Made by a program: the position numbers and the translations under genes
NCBI GenBank assembly: GCA_013265495.1
Contig: MU058687.1
Span: forward strand, 4,834,093-4,898,092
Length of the DNA: 64,000 bases
Source of the DNA: Vicugna vicugna
Taxonomy: Eukaryota
Reading direction: 5' to 3'
The notes under the pieces: generated by a model
What the model was told of the DNA's origin: nothing
The model's input: only the letters and a program-made list of their open reading frames with translations
The model's database searches: none
Shown: positions 38,522-49,110 of the stretch, piece after piece
How the letters are laid out: each line of letters begins with the position of its first letter
Numbering within the stretch: the stretch's first letter is position 1

Positions 38522-39090
38522 TGTATTAGTTGTGTAGTTTTATACAAAATTATCCAGAAGTGTAGTGGCTTAAAACAACAATAAACATTCTCTCTCGTGG
38601 TGCCTGAGGGTCAGGAATTCAGGGGTGACTGAGCTAAGTGGTTCTGGTTCAGACTCTCTCACAAGGTTAGAGCTGCTGCCCGCCAGGGCTGCAGTCACCT
38701 GAAGGCTTGACTAGCAGTGGAGGTTACACTTCCAAGATGGTGCACTCACGTGGCTGGCGGCTGGCGGATCGGCGCTGACTCTTGGCAGGAGGAGGCCTGT
38801 GTTCTTCTCACAGGCCTCTCCACAGGGATGCTTCAGACAGGGCAACTGGCTTCGCCCAGGAGGAGTGAACTGGGAGAGAGAGACAAGACAGACAGACAGA
38901 CAGATGGACAGATGGGCAGACACGAAGAGAGACAGAGAACCAGACAACAGCATTCACTTCGGCCACATCTACTTACTAGAAGTGAATCACTACCTCTGAC
39001 CCACAATAAAAAAAAAAAAGTGAAAATAAGTTTCTACATTTTGAAGAGAAGAATTTTAAAGAATTTGTAGACATATTTTAAAACTACTCC
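38522..39090 (-). mobile_element. MaLR solo LTR, MLT1F/G/H-like
   Basis: 'tgtattagtt...tagtggcttaaaacaaca', 'gggtcaggaattcagggg', 'gcagtcacctgaaggcttgact', 'cacttccaagatgg', ending 'gaatttgtagacatattttaaaactac'. Confidence 0.85.
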
Positions 39091-41302
39091 AAGGCCAAGT
39101 GCTGTTATCCTCAGTTGACAGATGAAGTGATGGAGACTACAAGCCCAGGAAATGAAGTTACTGAATCGTATACCTTATTTACTGGCATTCCTCCCCAGTC
39201 CCCCATCTACGTGACATTTTTGCTTTAAAAAAGTAGATTATGAAAGTGGTATCACCATTGATTTCTTGTGGCGGGGGAGGGGGGTGGTGAAAGGTGCCCT
39301 CCAGTAACAATTTAAAGACCTGAGTTTCTAGAATTGCTTGATGCAGTCATGTTTTTGGAGTAGTCATTTGTATGCGGTCCATCTGATGGAGGAAGTGTAT
39401 TTCTCACTGGAATCAGTATATGTGGAAAACACCATCAATCACAGTCATCACAGAGCAATTAAGTACCTAATCGTGCGTGGCGCTGAGTGTGCTGCTGAAA
39501 CGGAACACTTTGTAGGCCTGCTGCCTACCCTCTTGGGGCTTGGAATCCAAGAACTCAGTGGAAGATTGAAGAAATGTGTGGAGAACAAGGCAAATTCTTC
39601 TGAAATATGATTGCAGTAGTCGAGGAGGGAGGGCTGATTCAGAGGAAGGAAAAAGAAAATGAGACAAGAAGCTGAGACAGCATCAGAATAGAGGGAGAAA
39701 TGCCTAAGAAAGGTAAAATACAGAATTAAAGTGACCTGGATTTTTTTTTTTAAGTATAAAGATAACTGGAAAAGGTTACCATGTTATTCTTGGGACTCAA
39801 CTTTTGCTGAGTTTTACCTTAAGGTTTTTTTTTCCTCTAAAGCAGACTGTTTTAGGCCCCTTTCCATGTCAGTCAGTGATGGCTTTTAATTCTTCATTTC
39901 GATCACTAACCCTCAGTGAAATTATTGCCTAAGTGTCCGAATAGATATATCTGAGGTTTATGTCTATTATTTTCATGCAGGAAGAGAGGAGGACATTCCT
40001 CCTTTTCATATGCATTTGTAAGTATTTTCAATCAATCATGCATTTATAATCCAACTGGGAAGATATGAGTCAGACACAATGGCCCTTCTGGTGCAAGAAT
40101 CTGCTGTAAAACTGATCAGCTGGCCAAGTTGTGTCTTTTCTTTTTTTTTTAACTTAGATTTTGTTTTCTTTCTGGGAAAAAGAAAGACGGAAAAAAAAAA
40201 AAAAAAAAACCCCAAACCATCAGCAGCAGGTGCTGCCAAAATGGTATTTTTCTTATCTGTGCTGATTTCAAGGGGAGAGCAAAAGAATGTGTAATTGCTT
40301 CTCTCAGGCTGCTGGGATGGCGCCCGTCTCTCTGGCATTATCCACTTATTTGATCTACATGAGGAAAGAAGCAGAAATAAATTAAAAATGCATTTTCCCA
40401 AAGGCTCTGAGGACGTTATCCGCACATGCTCCCTTCCACCAATCTCTGCAACTGTATGTAAACATATATTGAGGGGAAAGCTGCCAAGGTCAAAAGCTCC
40501 CCCAGATATTCCTCCCTCTCCATTTATTTACCTTCTTCCGTACATCTAGGAAGACAGGTATCAGAACAACAAAGACGTTAAGTAACAGCCACGACAGCAC
40601 AGCAGTTTCTTCTGAGCATGATCATTTGAGGAAGTTCTTCTATGTGGGCCACAGATGTCAAAATCCAAGTTTCTAAAAAGAAGCAAAAAAAAAGCTACTT
40701 TAAATGGTAAGGGATTTGTTTATTTGAAGAGTTGTGTTACAGAAGGATTGGATGGGGAAGAGGTTTCTCAGCCCAGGAGAGAGGCAGAGGGTAAGGTGGT
40801 TCTGTCCCCATGCTGGCATTGGGCAGAAGGCTGCCTTCTGGCCCTGCTGTCACCTTCTATCTGTTTAGGCTTCATTTTGCTGGACCCCCCGTGGGTTGGA
40901 TTCTGCCTCATATCAGAGACTCCTTCTCTTGATGCTGCTTTTATCCCTGGCTTTATCTTTTTTTCTTCCCCTCCCTTTTCCACTTTCCATAGAGTCCCAG
41001 AATCCAGAGGAAGCTCAATGCCGACTCGCATGTTATCCTAAACTTCTTCAGGGTGACACTTACCTGCATTTTCAAATTTCTAGTAGACATTGATGTTTCT
41101 CAAATCTAGCAGTGAGGATGCCTTTTCAGATATCTTAATTCCTTCTAGTATAATACAATCAGTTGCTTTTTGCTGTGTTCTCATTAGCAATGAAGCATTT
41201 GCTTACTATCAGCTGTTAGTGTTCTCCAGTATAACTAATAAAGTCGGCTTGGAGATTTTTTTTCCATAGCCTCTATTTTTGAGTCCTTCAAATGTATTCT
41301 TA

Positions 41303-41360
41303 CTGCTAAATTTGTCCTGCTTTTTGTTCTGCTAAATTTGGACTGCTTTTTGTTCTGCTA
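41303..41360. repeat. 26-bp tandem duplication (2.2 copies)
   Basis: ctgctaaatttgtcctgctttttgtt / ctgctaaatttggactgctttttgtt / ctgcta. Confidence 0.9.
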
Positions 41361-41409
41361 CATTGCCAGTGAGTTTACCTTTTTCTCCCCCCTTTGCCTA
41401 TTTATTATT

Positions 41410-41682
41410 TAAAACCCAGCTCAGATATCCTTTTTTCTGTGAAGTCAATGACTCCTCCCTTCAGAAACTTAGATACTTTGAACTTGGTAAGCACCATCAC
41501 ACTTTGTACATACTTCTATAGTGCTTGTGCGTGTGTGTGTGTACATAACTTTCTGACTCATTAGATGATAACTTTCTTAAGTGCAGAGAAATGTGTTATT
41601 TCTGTGTATATCTTCAGGCACAAGATTGGCATGCTGTAGATGTTCCAGACATCTCACATACTGAATGAGTGGAATGAATGGG
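41410..41682 (+). mobile_element. L2 3' end
   Basis: 'aaaacccagctcagatatcc...tctgtgaagtc', 'attagatgataactttcttaagtgcagagaaatgtg', terminal 'tgaatgagtggaatgaatg'. Confidence 0.65.
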
Positions 41683-41950
41683 TGCTGCTGGTGGCAGACA
41701 AATGCATGGTGTATACTTAGAAGTCTTGATCATTGCAGGGCCAGAATGATACTTCCCCTGGCACACCAGAACTGTGCAATGTCTAATTTAATGTCTCATA
41801 TAAAGGGAACCATCTTGCCTGGAAGTGTGTTTCCCTACTTGGAGTCTTTTAGCTGCAGACAGCCAAGCACATTCACAGTATACACTTTGTTGCCATGTCA
41901 ACTGTGGATGAAGGACGAATGACCCATATGTGAAAAGTTTGAGGGAGCAC

Positions 41951-42540
41951 TGTCATAAGACATTCTCACTTCTGACACCAATTGTAAGTTTAAGAGCCTT
42001 CCAGATCCACTCTCAGATTTGATAATTTACTAGCAGAACTCCAGAACTCACCAAAAGCTGTTATACTCATCATTATGGTTTATTGCAGGGACAAGGTGTA
42101 GATTACAATTAGCCAAGGAAAGAGACACAGGGGGCAGCCTACAGGGATCCAAATGGGGGGGTTTCCAGTTGTTCTCCACCCTGTGAAGTCACAGACAGCA
42201 TTAACTCATTGATGTGTGACCATGTGCACTGAATATTGCCAACCACAGAAGCTCACCCAATCTCCGTGTCCCAGGTTTTGTTTTGTTTGGGGTGGAGGGG
42301 GGCTCCATTGTATAAGCTCCATTCACTACCCACATGGCTGATCTCAGTCTCTAGCCCTCAGGAGGCAGGGCTGATACTGTGCCACCCAAAATCCCCATCC
42401 TAAATCACGCTGTTGTTGTGCCCCACACAAAGACAGTGCTCCTACCAGGCATGACATCCATGGGCTTACAGACTAGCTCCCAGAAGCTGATGGCAAAGGC
42501 CAGACTTCTCCCTGGACAAAGTTAAATTATTTACTATATG
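41951..42540 (-). mobile_element. MER21-like LTR (MER21C-type)
   Basis: 'cacttctgacaccaattgtaagttt', 'agaactcaccaaaagctgttatactcatcattatggtttattgcagg', 'tattgccaaccacagaagctcaccc', ending 'caaaggccagacttctccctggacaaagttaaatt'. Confidence 0.85.
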
Positions 42541-45009
42541 ATATGCATCGGATTTTAATTCATCCCCCAAAAGCCTCACCAAACCCATCATTTCCAAATG
42601 GGAGAAACAGGAAATCCAATCCTGCTTCCTGAGCTTGAGACAAGGGAAAAGGAAAGGCTTTTCGGACCCTTTAGTCAGGATGGGTGTGTTCATAGGGAAC
42701 AAAATCCCCTGAATGCAGTTTTGCCGAGTGTCTGTATGTGCAGTGGCACTCCTAGCATGTGGGAGTTTTCCTTCTCCTTTCCTCCTTTCTATGACATAAT
42801 TATTTTCATTAATAATCATTTAATACTTTAGTAACTCTCCTTAGATGTCTTATTTGTTCTGTAGCTTTAAAACAACTCACAATGAAAGTAGAATAATGTA
42901 TTTCACTTTTAAAAATAGATTAAAATTCAGTAGAAGTACTTCGTATACAAAATTTGAATTTCTCAAACAAAAATATTACACAACACAGTTCTCTCTGTTT
43001 TGCTGAGGGGACACGAATAGAACACAGTTGAAAATTCCAAGTGATCACGTAGACTGACAGGATTGAATAACTCAAGTTCTCTTTCTTTTGTTTTTACATT
43101 CATTGCGCTGTTACTTTTTATTTCAAATGTATTGTTTAAACAAAAAGATATATAGTACCACAGGATTGGACACACACACTGCGCTTAAATTAAGTGCTAA
43201 CTTACTTTCCAAGTAAATGCATATTGCCAAGTCCATGAGTACTGGGGACTGATTGAGTACTTGGGAATTCTCCAATTATCTTCCATGTAGAATACAATGG
43301 TTATTAAATAATTAGTAATAAAATGTGTTCATCTGAAGCTTACACATATAATATTAGGCTCAACTATGTCTACAGCAATCATTTAGAACTTTGACCAACA
43401 CAAGGTATTTTTTTGTGGGTGGAGTATTTTTATCACTGACATTGTTTAGAATTGTGGAGGGAAAGCAGAATTAAAGGTCCTCTGTTTTTAAGCTCTCAGT
43501 CATTTCTCCTCTGTAGCACAAAAGATTATGGCTTCTTTCCATAACTCAGTATCTTTCTTAGCTGGGAACTCACTCTGATATCCTTGCTGTTGCCCTGGGG
43601 TGGGATATATTCTGATGGGGGCCAGGATTGCCCATGTGCTGCTGCAGAACATTTGCTGGTGCTATTTACAGTCCTAATTAAACGGAAGATTATTAGAAAT
43701 GGGAAGGTGGCTATAAATAGCCTGGTCCATTTTATCTGTTTCTTTGGTGTGTGGGATGAGCAGCGCCGAGCTTCTCCCTTGAAGTTCAGTTAACTCAAGA
43801 TGTGTTCTGCTTTTGTTATTTTACTTTGACTTAAAAAAAAAAGAAAAAGCTCCATGATGCTGATCAAAGTGGAAGAAAACAAAGAGGAATCACTCTCAGT
43901 CATTGCAGGATCTGGGCAGAAGGGAAGTAAAATGAAATGGAAGTGGGGAGGGGTGTGAGTGATATAAGAAAAAAACAAACGTGGACCTAATCCTTTCTGA
44001 CAACTTTTTTTTTTTCTGAATATAACTAAAAATAAATCTTATTTTCAGATTTGTGAAAAATCGGTTCACTTCATCCAGCCATAATATGATAAACCAGTCC
44101 GTTCAGACAGCCTGGGCCTGGGGTCAGAGCCTTCTCTCTCTGATGTCTGGTTAGGACGTCTTTTCCAGGGAGTGGGGAGCCCTATTGGCTTTTCTTGCTC
44201 CAGTGCAGACTCCAGGAATCAGCTCAGCTTTAGGGGCAGTGCTGTGATCGAAGTGAACTTGACCTTGATCCAGTCACCTGGACTTTGTAAATCCCTGATT
44301 TCCCATATTAGGAAATACCTTTAGACACAGTGCCCCAAATCTTGATTCTTCCGATAAACTTCCCCACTGACTCTTTGGCTCCCCCTTCTCTTCCTCTCCT
44401 GCTCCCCCGAACAAGCTTCATACTCATCCACTAAAGTTCAGCTTTGATCCCTCCTCTCCAGAAGCCTTCAGCATATCTCAGTGACCTCTTTAAAATTTCC
44501 CAAGTTCCTTTACCTGCATTTAAGACAGCCCACGCTCTTCTAACCCATCTATCAACCCTAGCTCCCTCCAGTTCTTTGCTCAAAGGAGTTCTAGACCAAG
44601 GGGTTTATAGGTATTGCTCAGACCCATAGGGTGTTTTAGTTATTGCTTCATTGTTTCTGTCCATGTTTTTGTTTGTTTCTTTGGTATATCAGCCCTGCTC
44701 TCCCACTCACCTTAATCGTATCCCAAAGCCAAAGTCAAATCGTATTTCTCCCAGTTGGAAATTACTTTTTTCCTTACTGTAAATTCCTTAAACCTTAATG
44801 ACTAAACTTTTCATTTAGCGCTGACTAGTTGTCCAGTTTAGTTATATTTATTTGCATGCGTGTTTTTCCTCATGCACTAACTTTAAGGCTCTTTAGAATT
44901 GTCATGCCATAAGGATATATCTAAACCTGGATCTGTATTGTATTTTGTAGCCTATGAAAGATTTTTCTTGAATGGTCTCATTTGATATGTTAAGCATCTG
45001 CGTTGAAGA

Positions 45010-45165
45010 GGTGATATTACCCACAGTTTCACGGGTAAAGTGACAGAAACTCAAGAGGGGTTCAATAACTTTCCCCAAATCACCAGGCTGGTAACTAATA
45101 GACCCAAATTTGAAGTTGCTGGACTTCTGACTATCCTTGGTTCTTTTCCTAGCTCACGGCTGCTT
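45010..45165 (-). mobile_element. MIR fragment
   Basis: 'gaaactcaagaggggttcaataactttccccaaatcaccaggctggtaa...caaatttgaa'. Confidence 0.6.
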
Positions 45166-47500
45166 ATATAATTTTTCATGCCATAATACCTGGCACTGGT
45201 TACAAATTAATAATACTTCTAAACTGAAGGAGGAAAAATGAGTAAAAGAATGAGCGAGTGAATGAATGAACAGCAACAGCGCGATGTATGACATTGATGA
45301 GTTTACTAATTCAGCAGAACTTCACTGTGACGTTTTCAGGGCACCCGCCAGTGACCTGAGACGTGAAACCACTCTGTGAACGGTCCTTGTCTTTCTCAAA
45401 AACCAACGATGAAAGTCAGGACAAGATAGTCTCGGGTGTATTTCCTTTAATAGCAACTGTTGTTTAAAAGCGAATTCCACAGCACTCAACAGAAGGGTTT
45501 GCTTCCTCATGGCACTTTTAAGTTACTACATAAAAGTCAAGTAAAACCACAAAACAGAGAGTCTAATTCAAAGAGGGATCTGAACACAGCAAACCTAGAA
45601 AGGATAATTCTCCTTTAAATTTCCAAGTGGCTAGAAAGAAGACTAACTAGATAGATGAATGTTGAAAGAGGCGCTCCTCTGAGCTGCTGTTTTCTCATCT
45701 GAAGTTGGAGAAGACGGTAGTTCCTGCCTCCTAAGGTAGCGAGGGTGGGTCAAGTTGGAGCAGAGCCCTCAGAACAGCACCTGGACATACGTGCTGCCTG
45801 CCTACTGTTACCCCGACACTGCTATGGGAGAAAAGGCGTTTTGCCCCCCTTTTTGCAGGGGGCAGTCAGAAGTAAGCTTTTCTTAGTGAATTTCACCTAA
45901 TTTTTTTTTCCTGTATTCTTTCTGGCATTTATTCTGATCATGGCCCTCTTTATTCTAATAACCTTCTATGATGTCTGTGATTTTTATTTTTAAGGTCAAG
46001 AACGGTATGTTTTGGCCGATGGAAGCAGAAGTCAGCCCCCTAGGTGAACAGCACTGTCTGCTGCAATAATCCACTGCTGTCTGGGTACATTCTTTCCCTC
46101 CCTCCCTCCTTCCTTTCCTATAGGCTTAAGGTTACACTCAAGCCACCCCAGAAAATGACTGTGCAGCCACTGTAGGCAATTCTTCCAAACTCATTACAGG
46201 CTGTTCATGTTTGGAGAGAGGCAGCCCCTCTTTCAGTGATGATAAGTGTCAGGAGACGGGATTAAGCTGATTACATCTCTGGAGTCCTGTACACTATGAG
46301 CAGCGTCTACGCCAACTCCATGTAGTCATCATGAACTTGCAGTCCATTACTTGAGAAAATAGATTTTGAGGTAGTAGAGTTTCTGGCCATTACTAGGGTG
46401 TATTTTTTGTCCCCTGAACATTTTAATTATTTTTGGGGGCCAGGGTGACAAACAGTCAGTAAATTCTATGTGGAGCTTAATTGAGGCTGTTTTCCAGGTG
46501 TAAACTGTTTTTTTTTTTTCCTCCTCATCCTTTAGTGGATTCAGCCAAGTAGACATGTATAATGAATAAAAACTATGGTCATGGCCAACTGGAAAAAAAT
46601 AATTTGAGGAGAGGGGATATTACGTCAGTCTAAAACTTGGATGGGATGTTCTGAGGGTACCCCAGAGACTGGGGTGGTGAGTCTAGCAAAACAAACGAGA
46701 AAAAAAGCCCCGACTCCCCACAGATGGGAAATCACTTGCATGACTTTCTATGCACGTGGACTTCTGCTTCTTAACTGGACGACCAGAGAGAAGTAACTAG
46801 GAAGATGGTAAGAGGAGGGGTGACCGTGGAGACTAAGGCACAGAGAATGAAGGCAGGAGGGATGGCAGCGATGTGGCTCAAACCCTCGTGGGACTTGGGG
46901 CACAACAACTCTGAGGCCTAGAGGACAGTGTTCTACACAGATTTAGAAAAGAGACTATTATTTTCCGCTCACCTGGTAACGGTAGGACAGCGTCAGACCC
47001 TGGGCATTCGGTTGACCAGCTGCAGACACCCGACTTGGTTGAGTGACAGCAGAAGATCCTACAGCAGCTGTCGGGTCAAAGTTCTCACTGAGGTTATTAC
47101 ACAGCAGAAAGAGCAGGGAACTCCCCACATGAGCAAAGCCGTCAGCAAAGGCGTGAATGAACAGGAGAGATTGAACAGGAACCTGTACGCTGCAAATGAG
47201 CAGGTAAAGCTGCCTTCTGCAGCCTCCCGGAAAAGCGGAGAAGATTTTGAGTACTCGCCGAGGTCGGGTAGTCGGGGATGCTCTGTTGCATCTGAAAATA
47301 AAACAGACAAAGCAACCAAAGGTCCTTTCTGTTCCAGATTAAGAGTAACTTCTAAGTGTTGGAGACTAGAGGACAGACATTGCTCTCTAAGGAAATGGGC
47401 TGTTCATGTCTTCATCACTGTGTTGCACCTCTCCTATCAGTGTAGTGTGGCAAATTACCTCTTCTGTGTTAGAAGCTACCCAAAAACATTGAGTTAATTT

Positions 47501-47708
47501 CATTTACTTATTTATTTATTTATTTATTTAACATATTTTTATTGAAGTACAGTCAGTTTACAATGTTGTGTCCATTTCTGGTGTACAGCACAATATTTCA
47601 GGCACATAGGAACATACATACATTTGTTCTCATATTCTTCTTCACCATAGGTTACTACAGGACATTGAATATGGCTCCCTGTGCTATACAGCATAAACTT
47701 GTTTATCT
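47501..47708 (-). mobile_element. 5'-truncated artiodactyl-type L1 3' end with (TTTA)n tail
   Basis: 'ttattgaagtacagtcagtttacaatgttgtgtccatttctggtgtacagc...ataggttactacaggacattgaatatggctccctgtgctatacag'. TSD tgagttaattt (47490-47500) vs tgagttaagtt (47708-47718). Confidence 0.92.
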
Positions 47709-48530
47709 GAGTTAAGTTTAGACCCATGGGTTTCACACCCATGACACCAGGATGATCTTGGTCAAAGGAAGGAAACTGGTAAACCTATAACCAGAGAACT
47801 CTTGTCCTCACCAGGTCAGCCAGACCTCTAGGGGGAGTCATGGTCAAAACAGTAACTGGAAGGGCATGATGCTTTCTGGAAGGAGATGACTACAGCCTGC
47901 AAAGTTCCAGGTGAAATCTGTGTAAGAACTTTGCTAAAGACTGAATTACTCCTGCAAATCAAGTGGGTAGGAACTGGATGGAAGTATACTATTCTTTTTA
48001 ATTTTAGGAAGACACTTGATAACACAACTGGATATGCTGTAGAACCTTGACGTGCCTTTTCAGTAGTGTTCCTTTAAAGACGAGTTACGAACGGACAGCA
48101 GACTGCTACTGACTTATTAATTAGTGTACACACGCCACTGATTTCCCTCTGTCTTCGCCGGGCATGCACGTTGGTTTTACAGCATATGAAGGCCAAGCTT
48201 GTGGCTTAGCATATGGTGCTTCTTCAAATAAGCACAACTGCCTGCCTCTCTGCTTATCTAATCATAGCGACGGAGAAATTGACTTTTCATTTTTCTTCTC
48301 CCCAGGCCCTGGGAGATGTATGTGCCAAATACTTGGCATTCTTAGTAACAGAGTCAGTCATAATTAGGATTCCAAATTAAAGCACATCACCAGCTAAGAC
48401 ATTCCATGTTTTACATTATTTGTTCGAGCAAATGTAATATAACTTGAAAACAGCAAAAGAACAGAAATAAGTAAAGCTCACATTTTTTTCATGTGTAATA
48501 ATCTTGTATTTTATGTTAAATAAATGCTTT

Positions 48531-48563
48531 ATGTTAGATAAATGTTAGATAAATGTTGGATAA
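48531..48563. repeat. 11-bp tandem repeat (ATGTTAGATAA)x3
   Basis: Two perfect copies, one with a substitution, and a related copy at 48513-48523. Confidence 0.85.
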
Positions 48564-48989
48564 ACTGAGTAAGCAATGTGAAATATAAAGGTTTATCTGA
48601 AACTCTGTTCATCTAAGTAACAGTTTTGCTTTGTTGTGTTTTGCAGTGTTCATTGTGTAATGTTGGATTGTGGTCAGATGGTGGGTGGGAGGTTTACTGA
48701 AAATAAACTGTGGGGAAACTATAGTGTTCAGTCATTTCATGGGCTTTGCCCTTGGAGTCTGGTTGGACTTGGTTTTCAGTGGTAGTTAATGTTTCATAGG
48801 TGAATGTAAAAATATTTTCTACTTGAATTCGTTCAAAATTGATTCATATACTTTCACAAGGAAAAAAACTATTCTTGACAAAGAAACCATGCCATTTCAG
48901 ATATGGTACCTATTGCCCTTACCATCCCTAATGAATAAAAGCCATCATCCACTCACATGTTAGAGCTCCAGCTACAAGAATTCTCTGGG

Positions 48990-49110
48990 ATTCCATTTCC
49001 TCATTTATAAGGTGAGCGAGCACATTTGGAGGATTTCCATAAAGTTAAATAATTTGTTCAAGATGCTAGGAGTTGGTGGAAGAGCCTGGGTTAGAACTCA
49101 ATTCACCTAT
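48990..49110 (-). mobile_element. MIR fragment
   Basis: 'aagttaaataatttgttcaagatgctaggagttggtggaagagcctgggttagaactca'. Confidence 0.6.

Noticed and set aside
41058..41066. Perfect minus-strand donor CAG|GTAAGT
   Set aside because: There is no matching acceptor nearby, and a few consensus 9-mers are expected by chance in 64 kb.
41303..41360. CRISPR-like or other prokaryotic repeat array
   Set aside because: These are simple head-to-tail duplications without spacers. The window is mammalian and has no cas genes or operon structure.
46928..47497. 189-aa plus-strand ORF as a standalone gene
   Set aside because: It has a GTG start, no recognisable homology and no promoter context. Kept only as part of the candidate-exon finding.
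48647..48680. 34-nt plus-strand micro-exon (ttttgcag|...|gtgggt)
   Set aside because: The donor is weak, the length is not a multiple of three, and the peptide is not recognisable. Unsupported without RNA-seq.
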